Counted from the first letter of the stretch, positions 33,265 to 46,612 are shown. The stretch: DNA of 64,000 nucleotides from Spirochaetia bacterium (GCA_963668315.1 OY764216.1:3296001-3360000), one strand, 5' to 3'. A program made the numbers and translations. Notes: a model not told the origin generated them from the letters alone.

Positions 33265-33552
33265 TTATATCCAGTATAGGTTATATAGCTGAACCGGACG
33301 CCGGTTGAATTCGCGGTTCATCTCCTGTTCGTCCAGGCCGTCTGCCGCATGGCTCATATAACGGAGAATTAGACGGGAATGATTGCTGAATAACAGTGAA
33401 ATCCTGTTATTTTCAATAAGAAAGGAAGTCAGGTCCTTTCCCTGAATATAGTCGATATCGCGCTTGATAGTGGAACGGTCTACGTTGAATCGGCGGACCA
33501 GTTCTGACCAGCTCCATCCTTTGTTATTCTCCAGGAGAATCTCTTCAATCAT
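33265..33552 (-). pseudogene. HTH (WYL/DeoR-type) regulator remnant
   Basis: SELVRRFNVDRSTIKRDI helix-turn-helix; no full effector domain. Confidence 0.55.
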
Positions 33553-34281
33553 ATTTATTCGTTAATCTGATCACTTTGACACCTAGATTTTCTACGTCAT
33601 CCTCTTGTATAAGGAGTTTTATGGGCAAATCCAAACATAGGAGAAAAGCCCTTTCTCTGTAAATATAAACCGATGATAAAAAGTCGATTTTTGTACTTTA
33701 GAAAGAATTTATTATCATTTCTTCTAGATTTATTTTTTTCCCTTCTCTAGGGAAAAGGATTAGCCATCGGATAAATGATCAGTCCTGTTGTAGAAATTTT
33801 CATTTTTAAAAGATCATCTATAAAGAGAAAAACCGAGCCTCCTTCTGTCGTGAAAATGAATTTCAAATTTTAGCAGGGGATTTCGCAGAATCCATTGTCC
33901 CATAATATCATGCTGCATTCCGGACATATTACTCCTAGTCGTATATTTGCTGCGGAATAGACACCGTGTTAATTCAGTTAAATAATATCAATATTCATTT
34001 CCAGAGCGTTTTCCATGAAACTGGCCCTTTTTATTCTTACTATCAGCCAGATGTTTATATTAGTAATAAAACACCACATGACAAAACAATAAAAATTGTT
34101 AGGATTTATTCTAACAACCCGAAGTGCTATGATCAGGAGGTCTTTATGGTATCTATACACATAAATAATGCATCGCCTTTTCTGTTCTCAAAAGCGCAAG
34201 TCGGGACCCATCACCACTTTCCCAACGTAAATAATATTAATTAACAATTATACTAATTCTCTTTTAGTACATCCGCATAAA

Positions 34282-35582
34282 GATAGTGTACAATAGTGTC
34301 TGTAAATTAGAAATAAAGGGGGCTTGAAAAAGTTAGCCAATCAGTCTTCGATTAGTTCGACCAAAAACAAAAGAAGGCATCATGACTAACGAGGATTACT
34401 ATACCGTTTTCGATCAAATGATTGAAGAGCTCCAGGCAGATAATCGAGAAGGATTAACAAAGGTCATAAGTTCAATAATGAATTTATCTATGCGGTTAGA
34501 GCAAGAGAAGGCAATCCAAGCCAGTCATTATGAACGGAATGACGATCGCATTGGCCATAGAAACGGGTACAAAAGCAGGAAGATTCGAACTCGTGTAGGT
34601 GAGATCCCTATCGAGATTCCGCAGGTCCGTGGGATGGAATTCTATCCTGGCAGCATTGAAAAAGGGTGCCGCAGCGAAAGGGCGTTGAAAATGGCAATAG
34701 CTCAGATGTATATCCAGGGGGTATCAACTCGCAGAGTAACCAAAATTGTAGAACAGCTCTGCGGCTTCGAAGTTTCCCAATCCCAGGTTTCTGAAGCAAC
34801 CGCACTGCTGGATGAAGAGATTTCTAAGTGGCGGAATCGCCCTCTGGGAGCTTTTCGCTATCTCATTGTGGATGCGACCTATGAAAAAGCTCGTGTGGAT
34901 AGAGCTGTCGTTTCGGCAGCCGTTCTAATTGCTTATGGAGTTGATAATAAGGGAATGAGAAGGGTTCTTGGGATTTCAACAGAACTCAGCGAGGCTGATG
35001 TTCATTGGAGAAAGTTCCTCGCTGGATTGGTTGACCGAGGTTTACATGGAGTCAGAATGATAACTTCAGATGCCCATAGTGGTCTAAAATCTGCAATAGA
35101 GGCTGTTTTTCCTACGGTTCCCTGGCATCGCTGTCAGTTTCATCTCCAGCAGAATGCTTCTCATCACGTTCCCAAGAAGAGCATGGAGAAGGAGGTAGCA
35201 GAAGACATCAGAACTATTTTTAACGCACCCAATGGAGAAGAAGCGAAACGCTTTCTTTCAATGGCTGTTAAAAAATATGAGGAAACGGCGCCCGATCTGA
35301 GTAGCTGGATGGATGAGAATATCCCCGAGTCCCTTACCGTCTTCTCAATGCCAAAGGCTCATTGGCGACGGCTAAGAACTTCAAATTTGGCAGAGCGGCA
35401 GATGAAAGAAATAAAGAGGCGAACAAGGGTAGCCATGATATTTCCAAATAGGAAGTCCGTTGATCGTCTGATCGCGGCTCTGTTAATGGAAATAGATGAG
35501 CAGTGGTTTACAGGTAAAAGATATTTGAATATGGAGACTGATTAACTTTTTCTAATTTTACAGACAAAAGGGTTGCTTTATC
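34282..35582 (+). mobile_element. IS256-family element B copy 1 (transposase 34382..35545)
   Basis: 1301 bp, 8-bp TSD CGCATAAA. Confidence 0.93.
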
Positions 35583-35639
35583 CGCATAAATGGATGTGTA
35601 GCTATAAATTCAAATCCTGGGAAGGGAATTCTCTATAGG

Positions 35640-38600
35640 CTCTCAGGTTTTAAGGAATATGCTATGAAGTTGTTCTGCTCTTAATTGATAAGGGAGCCGA
35701 CCCGAATTTCTTAGGGCCGAATACTGTTGAATCACACATTATCCTGACCAAAACTTCCAGATTATTCTGGAATCCAAATTATTTTAACAGCTTCCCCGAA
35801 AGGGAAGCCATAAATCTTAGAACGGCAAACTTAACTGTCCGTCAAAATCCGCATCAGGATCAAGAGAAAGTTCATCCCACTCCTTCTCAAGTATCTCCTC
35901 AATTACCGGTACAGAGACCTTTCCATAATAGAGAGCTCTCTCACAGGCTGCCTCCATTCTCACCGGCGAGACCTTAAACGTCAGATCCAAAAACCGACTG
36001 ACCTCTTCATATTTCTCATGGCACCACCTACCCCACAACATATAGGCTACCTGCCTGGTTTTCTCCATGAAAAGATAAGTTTCAGGAGGAGTAAAGCGAA
36101 AAAAAGTTTTCCCATTATCCATACGGCTTCCTCCTGTTAGATGATTTCGGTCTGAGCGATGCGAACATGTTCCGCGGAAACGAGCTGACTTTTTTCTTTC
36201 GCCGCCGCCATCATAGCTCCCCTGGCGATGGTGTTAGCCCGTCTTAGAAGTCCTCCCGATGTTTGATGGATAGCAAGAATGGCTTCATCTGCGAATAGGG
36301 GCTTCTCCATCCCGGCCAGATGAAGATGATGTTCCAGGTATCCTTTCATATGCTTCAGATTCAGACTGTCCAAATGGGAGCGCCCCACGATACGCGATGC
36401 CAGGGGTTTGGCGGAAATAGCCATGAGTTTGTCTATGAGCCCGTCCTGCCCGCAGAGAATTATGGGCATAATCGGGTTTGAATCAAAATCAAACTGACAG
36501 AGAGTATGAAGCTGGTTGAAGACCTTGGACTTAAGAAGATGGGCTTCATCTATAACGAGAATGGGGACTTTTTTCTTTGAAGCAATGTCTTTTATGATAT
36601 CCCGGACATTTTTCATCGCGATAGCCAGCTGAAATGAACGGTACTCCTCCCCAAACTCCATAAGAAACTGCCGTAAAAGCTCCATCATACTGCCCGATGT
36701 AGCGACCAGCGAGATAATCTTGTACTTCCCCGGGTGGAACTTACTACACGCCAATCTCAGAGATGTGGATTTCCCGGATCCTACTTCCCCAGTGATGAGA
36801 GAGATAGCTCCCAGCTTTACGGCGTATTCAAATCTGTCCAAAAGGGGCGGTAGTCCAGGCAGCATATAGAGATCATCCAATTTGATTTTCTGAGAATAGG
36901 GCTCCTGTGTTAATCCGTAAAAATGCTTTATATCAATCATCGTTTTCTTCCTCCGAGAATAGTTGTCCGCCGCTATAGGGATTGGAATTCAGATCAGCTT
37001 GAATCTCTGAACGTTTGACCTGGCTATTGATATGCACGTCCATAGGTTTAAGAAATCCTCTGGATTTATCGGCAATAAAGATTTCTACCCGGCTCATATC
37101 CGATTCATCGTAAGAGAGGTAGACCTTCTGCCCTGCCAGACCGATGGGTGCCTGGTATAGTTTTCCCTCGATACTGACCGATCTGTCATTGGTTACCGTT
37201 CTGAGCAGTCTCTTACGAAAATAATCATTCAGATTCTCCGGAGCCGATCGAAGAAGGGTTAGTGATTTCAAATAACGGTCCAGAGGTTTCTCCCGGATTG
37301 AAGAGTGTTTCCTAATATGATAATTCTCATCAATGAAAGCAGCGAGATGCCCGTTCAATTCCTCCAATGTCAGTTCTTCCGGAAGGGCTTGAAGAACCTC
37401 CATCCTGACCGTCCTGTTAAATCTTTCGATTTTCCCTTTCCCTTGAGGGCGGTAGGGCTTCGCATACGTCAGAACAATCCCCAGAGAAGCGCAACCGTAT
37501 TGAAGCTTATGGGATTTGAAATAAGCGCCGTTGTCCGTGTAGAGTTTACGGGGAAGGCCACGCTTAACCAGGGCTTTCTTCATACAGTCGATAAAATTGT
37601 CCACATTCTCCCGTAGATAGAACTGGGCATGGGGAATAAGACGGGAATGATCGTCGATGATGGCGAACATATAGGATTTTCTACGGCGGCCCTCATGAAT
37701 GACATAAGGACCGTGCATACAGTCCGATTGCCAGAGGTCATTGGGAAACTCCACTTCGAACTTCAACATATCTTCCTTCTGCTTCCTCTCCTTACCCAGT
37801 CCATGTTTTTTCAGAATTCTATAGATGGATTGGGAGGAGGCGTTGAAGTCGGGAGGAAGTACATTTCTTTGCCGGGCCAGCCTCATCAAGACGGGAACGG
37901 ATGCCTTCATAAAATCCTTTCTCAGATTAATGAAGGCCAGTTCTGTTTCCCTGTCCATAATGCGGCATCCGCCCTGGTCCCCCCGGCTTTTGGGATGCAG
38001 ACTCTCTATTTGCCGACCGCTGGATTCATACTTTCTGAGCCAACTGAGGATAGTCGCGCGGCTGATATAGGTACGGGTGGAAAAAGGGATATTCCACTCC
38101 CTAGCCGTCAATTTATCAAGGACATCCCTTTGCATACCCCAATCTTCTCTGCTCAGATCCAGTAAAGGATAGATCACAGAAAACCGGAAGGCGGCTACTT
38201 TTTCTCGTTCTTCTTTGGTCATAAAACCTCCTAAAACGTTTTATTTCCATTTAAGGCGGTATTTTATTAGTTGTCACTGCAAAGCTAAGGTAGGTCATGC
38301 AGAGAGCTACCGATTTCACATCATGATTTATCGAATGTGAGGGGAAGCAGAACCGATTCTGAACGCTGTCTGAAAGGAAAAGGGAGAGATCAAAATTCAG
38401 TCCCTGAATAGCAGCTTGTTTCATCAGTCCCCGATACCAGTATTGCTGCCTTTGACGGCTGAAGGATGTGAACCAGGTATGGGATTCTAACTTATGAGAA
38501 AGGCTTCGATAAATTTCTGTAGCGGTTGATTGAAACCTGGGGAAATATGCAACAGGCCTGGCCGTATGTACCGCTCCGCACTCGGGACAGCGGAATCTTT

Positions 38601-39299
38601 TGAGGTAGAGTCCTTCCGGAAATTCGTCGAAATAACGCAGTACATAACCATGCCCCCAGATCCTGAAACTTTGGCAGGAAGGACATCTTCTTGGTTTCCT
38701 CCAGACATAATTCTTATGTTTCTCTTTAAGGACAGCCAAATCCGTCCGAAAATAAATTATGATTTATGGGTTGGGATAGCCGTTCTTGCAGGAACAATAG
38801 GCTATCCCTTTTTTATCGATAATTTATTTTGTGAAAATGAAGTATAAAAATATTTTATTGTGGAATATTGATAGAATAATCTGATAGATTAATGTTGGAT
38901 TCTACAAATACGACTACCGCTTACTGGGGGCATGGGGAAGATCTTAGAATGATTCAACTACTTCTTGATGGGGGTGGCGAGCCCCATATTATTTATTATA
39001 AGAATAGTCCTGATGATTATCCTGAGACAAAAATAGATCATGTCGAATTTGACAGAACATTATATGGCTGAACTTCGGACATGGAAATGTTATTACGGAG
39101 AAATGGAGCTAAGTACTATTCAGAAATCAAAAGTGGTATTGATTGTCTCCATATATTCATGAAAGAAAATAGGGAACTTTCTATGGAAAGTATTAAGAAT
39201 AATGAGGATTTTGATAATATCAAAGATGATCCCCGTTTTGCCTCCCTTCTCAATGATTTTTTATATAATAAGTTGTTATATGGATTGATTTTTGAATAG
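35640..39299 (+). pseudogene. Degraded ankyrin-repeat gene split by transposon A copy 2
   Basis: Fragments YEVVLLLIDKGADPN, MIQLLLDGGGEP and MEMLLRRNGAK across the insertion. Confidence 0.5.
35725..38906 (-). mobile_element. Four-gene transposon A copy 2 (ORFs 38251..38739, 36933..38222, 36137..36940, 35817..36122)
   Basis: 3182 bp, identical proteins, 5-bp TSD AATAC. Confidence 0.93.
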
Positions 39300-39491
39300 G
39301 ATGGGAAAAAATATATGAAAATAGCTTTGCATAATCATACGAGAGGGCTCCTCATATGGTCCGCATGGGATCGGGAATAATGATGTCCCCTTAGCATTTT
39401 GCTGCGAATATAGGGGCATTTTTCGTAAATGAAGAAGTCTTTGTTGTATTGCTTGAAAGTGACTTCACCAGCAAGCTCTCAGGGCATAAAA

Positions 39492-39534
39492 AAAGTCTTG
39501 CTCTCAAGTGTAAATCACCTGATTACAAGACTTT
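39492..39534 (-). terminator. Hairpin downstream of the tRNA fragment
   Basis: AAAGTCTTG ... CAAGACTTT inverted repeat followed by a T-run on the minus strand. Confidence 0.45.
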
Positions 39535-39539
39535 AAAAG

Positions 39540-39587
39540 TCGGGCTGGCCGGATTTGAACCGGCGACCCCTTGTCCCCCAGACAAGT
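39540..39587 (-). tRNA. 3' half of tRNA-Pro(GGG); partial copy, probable att site
   Basis: Minus strand: anticodon arm CTTGT-CTGGGGG-ACAAG, T arm GCCGG-TTCAAAT-CCGGC, acceptor CAGCCCGA; no D arm or 5' acceptor strand. Confidence 0.85.
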
Positions 39588-39776
39588 ACTCCGAACTTTT
39601 CATATAGCAGTATTTATCAATTCTTGCAAATATAACGATTTACTCAATTTTGTATTGAGTAACTTTAAGCACAATATAGCAGAATATAGCAATAAAATGA
39701 AGGGTTTTTGTTACAATTTAATGTCACAGCATAAAAATTGGTACATGTTATATAATCCCTTATTTATAAGAAAATC

Positions 39777-41124
39777 GATAGCGTACAATCAAGTTCGCAA
39801 TTTTAATTATTGAAAGAAGCCATCGAATTCTCCAGAATGGTAATGCACAACTAAAACCATGGAGGAAGAAAACGATGGCTAAGGAAAATGATAATGGTAA
39901 TCTGGAAAAAATGCTACTCCAATTCATTTCGGAACCGGATCCCATTTTCAGCTTATTGAAATGGCTACTGGAAAAGCTTATGGAAATAGAAGCGGCGAAT
40001 AAAGTAGGAGCTCAAAAGGGGTCTCATTCTACGGGAAGATCCACCCATTTTTCTGGATATCGACCACGCCGATTTGATACTCGTCTTGGAACACTGTATC
40101 TCCTTGTCCCCAAGCTCAGAAAAGGCGGATATATTCCCTTCTTTGTAACAGAAAAGAAGAGATCCGAGCAAGCTCTGATTCAGGTTGTCCAGGAAGCATT
40201 TATCAACGGTGTTTCAACCAGAAAGATTGAGAAATTGGCTATGAGTCTGGGCATTGAAAATATTTCAGCCAGCCAGGTCTCTGAAATCAATAAGGGACTT
40301 GATGAACAGGTAGATGAATTCCGCTATCGATCTCTTGATTCAGAATATCCTGTCATCTGGGTTGATGCCCTCTATGAAAAGATCCGGTATAACGGAAGAG
40401 TGAGAAATATGGCTGTGATGGTTGTATCTGGTGTTAATTCACAAGGATTCAAAGAAATCCTTGCTGTTGAACCAATGCAGGAAGAATCAGAAAGCACTTA
40501 TACCGAACTGTTCAGGTCTCTTAAAGCAAGAGGATTTAAAAATGCCTGGCTCTGTGTCTCTGATGCCCATCTGGGACTTCAAGCCGCCATAAGAAAGGAA
40601 CTCATCGGTTGCTCCTGGCAACGCTGTAAAATCCATTTTATGAGGAACATCCTGTCCCATCTTCCTGCCAGGGATAAAGAAGCTGTTGCCGGCAGAATTA
40701 AGCAGATTTGGAATCAACCGAACTCCCAATCGGCCCGTGAATATGCATACCGAATTATAGAGGAATTTGAAGAACAATTTCCGAAGTCCATGACTTGTCT
40801 TGAAGACGGATTAGAAGACTCTCTTCAGTATTATGAATTCTCAGAAATAGACAGCCGGAAAACTGCTTCTACCAATCAACTGGAACGATTGAATCGGGAA
40901 ATCCGTAGACGATCTCGTGTTGTGGGAATCTTTCCCAGTATTGACTCCTACCTTAGACTAGTCTGTTGTTACCTGATTGAATACTCAGAAGACTGGGCTT
41001 CGGGAAAACGGTATATCAGTGAGAAATCGATTGATGAACAAAGAATTAAATTAGGTCAGGCTGCCTAATGGGGAATTTTGATGGCTTCTTGAAAGGAAAG
41101 TTGCGAACATGGCTGGACACTATC
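39777..41124 (+). mobile_element. IS256-family element A copy 2 (transposase 39875..41068)
   Basis: 1348 bp; flanks AGAAAATC / TTCCCCGA differ (no TSD). Confidence 0.95.
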
Positions 41125-42158
41125 TTCCCCGAACAAAGTACCAGAAGAGATTGTTAAAAGGATTATTGAGATCAGGAAGGAGCATTCCTCGTGGGGAGCG
41201 AAGAAGATTCGCTGGCGTTTGGACCAAGATGGAATTTATAATCGGATTCCCGCTCAATCAACCATTTCCATTATCCTTAAGCGAAATAATCTTATTCCGG
41301 AGAGAAAGCGTCATGTACGTGTAGAGAGGCGCTATCCTAAGTTTATAGCCAATGATTGTAATGAAATCTGGAGTGCTGATTACAAGGGAGAATTCAAAAC
41401 CAAGGATAATAAATATTGCTACCCTTTGACTATCTGCGATACCTTCAGTCGCTACATCATTAAGATAAAAGGCCTCTCCCGGCCCAATTATGAGCAGTCT
41501 CAGCCAGTTTTTGAAACTGTCTTTAAAGAATATGGACTCCCTGAACAGTTGCATACCGACAATGGTTCCCCCTTTGCCAACGTCCGTGCCCTGGGGCGTT
41601 ATACGCAATTCTCAGTCTGGCTGATGGAATTAGGAATCCTTCCCGTGTTCAGTGATCCTGCTTCCCCGCAGCAAAATGGAAAACATGAAAGGATGCACCG
41701 GATATTGAAAGCAGAAGCCTGTAAAGAGCCCGGAATCAGTCTTCGAAGTCAGCAGATAAAGTTTAACAAGTTTGCCAGGGAATACAATACAGAGCGACCT
41801 CATGAGTCTCTGGGGATGGTAACGCCTTCTTCAGTTTATGCGAGGTCCAAACGTCCTTATCCTAAGAAAATAGAGCCTTGGGTCTATCCTGCAGAGTATA
41901 AAGTAAGGAATATCTGCAAGAATGGAATTATTAGGGTAGGTAAGGATGACCGTATCTTTGTGGGTACAGCTTTCAAGGAAAAACAACTTGGTTTTGAAGA
42001 TATTGGAGAAGGGATTTACAGGGTTTGGTTTAGAGAATTTCTGCTTGGCTATTTAAATGAACATGAGCTCAAAATCTATGATATACTAGAATATGATTAC
42101 ATCAAAAGGGTGTAAGTGAAGTGGGTAGATATTTGAACACTATGTGATGTTCAATACA
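41125..42158 (+). mobile_element. IS481-family element, 5' truncated (ORF 41219..42115)
   Basis: WSADYKG, HTDNGSPF, QNGKHERMHR; ends ...ACA. Confidence 0.8.
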
Positions 42159-42390
42159 TCAGGGTACATACGAGATATCTACAAAAATACTTGATTAATA
42201 GTTTTTTAGTACAGTGTAAGATTTTATGTCGATTTAAAAAAATTCACTTAGATGAAAGTACGTAATGTAGATGAAATAGAAAATGAATTCTTTAAAAGAT
42301 AAATTTGCGATGTAATATTTAAAGAAAAATGCTATAATTTCTCTAAAATAAAAATAAGAAGAAATTTGAGTAAGAATATAAGGCAACATT

Positions 42391-43179
42391 TTGAAAAGAA
42401 ATATTATTACAGTCATTAAAATATTATCATTTATTATAGTATGGTCAGTTTTTGTTGTAATTATGCCAGAAATGCCAACAAAAAACTCTGCAATTATAAG
42501 ATTGTGGTATGAAATATTCCCACTTTTTTCGACAATTGTAATTACGGTAATTTTCTTAATAATTATTGAAAGAAATAAGCTACATGTAGTAATTTTTAAT
42601 AATTTTATTAAGAATGTTAGTTTAGGTATAATTGTAGGAATAGTATGGTTAGCAATACCATTTTTTATATTATTAGTCACGAATAATATTAACTATGCTA
42701 GTAAAATAAATATTGATTATTTTGCTATATGGGTTCTTGCATGTTTTATAAATGTTGTAATGCAAGAACTGTTGGTAAGAGGTTATATCTACCAAATATT
42801 AAAAACTCAATATAATTGGATAATTGCTATTATTGTCACAACATTAATATTTACCGCTTTGCATGGAGGAGCAATTAATGCAGGTGTTATACCAATATTA
42901 AATGTTATAACTATGAGTGTGATGGCAACATTGTTGATGGAATTAACCGGTACATTATCAGCAACAATTGTAAGTCATTTTGTTTGGAATTTTATAGGCT
43001 CAATAATTTTAGGACAAGTAAGCTTAGCAGACGATTATCCAAAAATGATAAAATTTACATCAAAAAATAATATTTTGACTGGTTGGGATTATGGGCTAGA
43101 AGGTAGTTTATTAGTGACAATAATGAATGTAATCTTGATTATGATTTTTTCTATGGCTATTTATAAGAAAAACAGATAA
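42391..43179 (+). CDS. CPBP/CAAX (Abi) family membrane protease (cassette)
   Basis: QELLVRG, FTALH, HFVWN, GLEGS; multiple TM segments. Confidence 0.82.
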   Translation: MKRNIITVIKILSFIIVWSVFVVIMPEMPTKNSAIIRLWYEIFPLFSTIVITVIFLIIIERNKLHVVIFNNFIKNVSLGIIVGIVWLAIPFFILLVTNNINYASKINIDYFAIWVLACFINVVMQELLVRGYIYQILKTQYNWIIAIIVTTLIFTALHGGAINAGVIPILNVITMSVMATLLMELTGTLSATIVSHFVWNFIGSIILGQVSLADDYPKMIKFTSKNNILTGWDYGLEGSLLVTIMNVILIMIFSMAIYKKNR

Positions 43180-43312
43180 AACATTAATAGTTAAAGAGAT
43201 AATAGCGATTAATAAAAAAATGAAAGAAAATCCCAATGGAAGTGAAGCTTGAGGTATCGTAACAACAGAAGAAGTCAATAATAGAGGAAATGAAGAATAA
43301 GAAAAGAGTTCT

Positions 43313-43408
43313 TGATAACAAAGTTTTGCAGCAGTCTTGGCTATGTCACGATTTTTGCAAAGCAAAAATAGCGCCAAATACGCCAAGCAGCTGAAAACGG
43401 CGTTATAT
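43313..43408 (+). other. attC site
   Basis: TGATAAC ... GTTATAT. Confidence 0.85.
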
Positions 43409-43456
43409 AGTTAACGGAATGAAAAAGATAATTTTGATCGAGTAAGGAGATGAATA

Positions 43457-44089
43457 ATGGAACTAGAAAGAGATACACTTACTAGACTAATTCAGTACTT
43501 AAAAGATCATGGCTATCCTGAAGATAGTTTTGCTGTAGAGTATCAAGTCGGTCGCTATCGAGCAGATTTGGTTATTATCGATCCAAAAACTAAAATACCT
43601 CTTATAATATTTGAAATTAAATCTCAGAAAAATAAAAACACTATTGATTTCGGAAAGAATCAACTCACAAAGTTGTCCTCAAACATTAAAGGTGATATAC
43701 CACTTTACCTAGTCTTTCCAAAAAATGAAGAACCATACTTTGAAATAGAGAAAATTGTCATTAAAGATGACAATATTGCAATTGAGAAAGATGTCCCAAT
43801 AACATCTCTGCAATATAAATATCAACGTAATTCGAGGATATCTGAAAAAACGAATGAAAAAGAAAATGATAAAGTAGAAGCAATAGATAAATTATCAATA
43901 GTATGTTGGATTCTAGGATCATTTGTTTTAATTCTGGCAATTGTTAATAAATTTACTCAATTCAATCTTGAAGCTACAGACATTAGTTTATTAGGTGTAT
44001 CAATTGGACTTTTCATAATTCCATTTGCCAGCAAGATAAAAATTCTTGGCATGGAGTTTGAAAGGTTAAAAAAGGATAAGAATGAATAA
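43457..44089 (+). CDS. PD-(D/E)XK (HsdR-N-like) domain + 2 C-terminal TM helices
   Basis: GYPEDSFAVEY, RADL, FEIK; hydrophobic C-terminus ending KILGMEFER. Confidence 0.7.
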   Translation: MELERDTLTRLIQYLKDHGYPEDSFAVEYQVGRYRADLVIIDPKTKIPLIIFEIKSQKNKNTIDFGKNQLTKLSSNIKGDIPLYLVFPKNEEPYFEIEKIVIKDDNIAIEKDVPITSLQYKYQRNSRISEKTNEKENDKVEAIDKLSIVCWILGSFVLILAIVNKFTQFNLEATDISLLGVSIGLFIIPFASKIKILGMEFERLKKDKNE

Positions 44090-46419
44090 TGATATTAACA
44101 AAAAATGATTATTATGATTTAGAAAAATTTTTTCTTGAATATAAAAGTAATGAATATTATTACATGGATATAGATCCTATTAACTATTTTGGAGAAAAAC
44201 CATATTTACTTTTCCCAAGTCATTTCTGCGAATGTAGAAAGCTTCTCTTTGACGAATATTTATGGAATATAGAATATGATTGGGAAAAAGATGATGATAA
44301 TACAATTTTTGAAGAGACTAAAACATATAAGAAGATTAAGAAGGCAATTATTGATAGTGTCCAGCCATGTTCGCAACTTTCCTTTCAAGAAGCCATCAAA
44401 ATTCCCCATTAGGCAGCCTGACCTAATTTAATTCTTTGTTCATCAATCGATTTCTCACTGATATACCGTTTTCCCGAAGCCCAGTCTTCTGAGTATTCAA
44501 TCAGGTAACAACAGACTAGTCTAAGGTAGGAGTCAATACTGGGAAAGATTCCCACAACACGAGATCGTCTACGGATTTCCCGATTCAATCGTTCCAGTTG
44601 ATTGGTAGAAGCAGTTTTCCGGCTGTCTATTTCTGAGAATTCATAATACTGAAGAGAGTCTTCTAATCCGTCTTCAAGACAAGTCATGGACTTCGGAAAT
44701 TGTTCTTCAAATTCCTCTATAATTCGGTATGCATATTCACGGGCCGATTGGGAGTTCGGTTGATTCCAAATCTGCTTAATTCTGCCGGCAACAGCTTCTT
44801 TATCCCTGGCAGGAAGATGGGACAGGATGTTCCTCATAAAATGGATTTTACAGCGTTGCCAGGAGCAACCGATGAGTTCCTTTCTTATGGCGGCTTGAAG
44901 TCCCAGATGGGCATCAGAGACACAGAGCCAGGCATTTTTAAATCCTCTTGCTTTAAGAGACCTGAACAGTTCGGTATAAGTGCTTTCTGATTCTTCCTGC
45001 ATTGGTTCAACAGCAAGGATTTCTTTGAATCCTTGTGAATTAACACCAGATACAACCATCACAGCCATATTTCTCACTCTTCCGTTATACCGGATCTTTT
45101 CATAGAGGGCATCAACCCAGATGACAGGATATTCTGAATCAAGAGATCGATAGCGGAATTCATCTACCTGTTCATCAAGTCCCTTATTGATTTCAGAGAC
45201 CTGGCTGGCTGAAATATTTTCAATGCCCAGACTCATAGCCAATTTCTCAATCTTTCTGGTTGAAACACCGTTGATAAATGCTTCCTGGACAACCTGAATC
45301 AGAGCTTGCTCGGATCTCTTCTTTTCTGTTACAAAGAAGGGAATATATCCGCCTTTTCTGAGCTTGGGGACAAGGAGATACAGTGTTCCAAGACGAGTAT
45401 CAAATCGGCGTGGTCGATATCCAGAAAAATGGGTGGATCTTCCCGTAGAATGAGACCCCTTTTGAGCTCCTACTTTATTCGCCGCTTCTATTTCCATAAG
45501 CTTTTCCAGTAGCCATTTCAATAAGCTGAAAATGGGATCCGGTTCCGAAATGAATTGGAGTAGCATTTTTTCCAGATTACCATTATCATTTTCCTTAGCC
45601 ATCGTTTTCTTCCTCCATGGTTTTAGTTGTGCATTACCATTCTGGAGAATTCGATGGCTTCTTTCAATAATTAAAATTGCGAACTTGATTGTACGCTATC
45701 CAATTATTGATACAGATATTTTTATAGAATCAATAGGTGTATCAGAAAAAAAAGATTTTATGAATCGTGATATTGAGTATGCATTCCAAAATTCAAGAAC
45801 CGGTTCATGGTATTGGCTCGATGGTATTCAAAATGATGAATTACTTCTTCATGGATATGATTCTAGAAGAATTGAACTTGAAGAAATTCTATCATCAATA
45901 TCAAAGAATATTAAAAATCCAGATTCTAATGCTAACTCAATTATTTATCCAAGATCTTATATTGATCTAAATTATCGAATTATTAATAATTACAAGGAAT
46001 GTACCGAAAAAACACTTTTAGATCTCCATAACGGAAAGAAATCACTATTAGATCTAAATCCATTTGAGTTTGAAGATATTATCGCAGAACTATTAGAAAA
46101 TATTGGTCTAGAAATTTTCAAAACACCCAAAACAAATGATGGAGGCAGAGATCTAGTAGCTAGAGGAGAAATTGCTCCAGGATTTCCAGTCAATATTGCA
46201 GTTGAAGTGAAAAGAAAACCTATCGTTAATATTGGTGATTTAAGAAGTGCATTATATGCAAATAGAAATTTTCCGAAACTTATGTTTGTAACTGCTGGTC
46301 AATTTTCTGCTGGTATATATAAAAGCAGAGAATTAGAAGAAAATTTTTATAGGTTAGATCTAAGAGATGGAATAGCAATTTCTCAATTAATTAGTGGGTA
46401 CTTTGGAGATAAAAAATAA
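44089..46419 (+). pseudogene. Mrr-like restriction endonuclease interrupted by IS256 (44089..44352 + 45709..46419, 324 aa)
   Basis: PFEFEDIIAELL, NDGGRDL, VEVKR; in frame after removing the IS and one TSD copy. Confidence 0.82.
44353..45700 (-). mobile_element. IS256-family element A copy 3 (transposase 44409..45602)
   Basis: 1348 bp, 8-bp TSD CAATTATT. Confidence 0.95.
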
Positions 46420-46421
46420 CT

Positions 46422-46529
46422 ATATAACAATGAATTGAAGTTGAATTTCCTATGTCATAAATCCTGCTTTTCTGCTGCGCAGGCAGGATTTTCGCCATTT
46501 ACGGAAATCAACTTAATTCGGCGTTCTAA
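46422..46529 (+). other. attC site
   Basis: ATATAAC ... GTTCTAA; TAACTATATAAC complements the cassette start GTTATATAGTTA. Confidence 0.88.
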
Positions 46530-46612
46530 AGACAAAAAATCATTATCGAAGAGATAAAAGAAGTAAGACAGATAGTAGAAATCATTTTGACCTGATCGAA
46601 TGATGATGGAGT

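Noticed and set aside
33600..34260. Short ORFs and weak TTTGCTGCG similarity to about 39400
   Set aside because: No recognisable motifs; the match is too short to be meaningful
39540..39587. Functional tRNA-Pro gene
   Set aside because: The D arm and 5' acceptor strand are absent
42159..42390. Possible attI or Pc promoter ahead of the first cassette
   Set aside because: No GTT core complementary to the first cassette's TGATAAC was found; the region is disturbed by IS481
44089..44412. 107-aa ORF as a complete gene
   Set aside because: N-terminal fragment of the nuclease reading into IS256
45532..46419. 295-aa ORF as an independent gene
   Set aside because: Its first 56 codons are antisense IS256 sequence fused by chance to the 3' part of the interrupted nuclease
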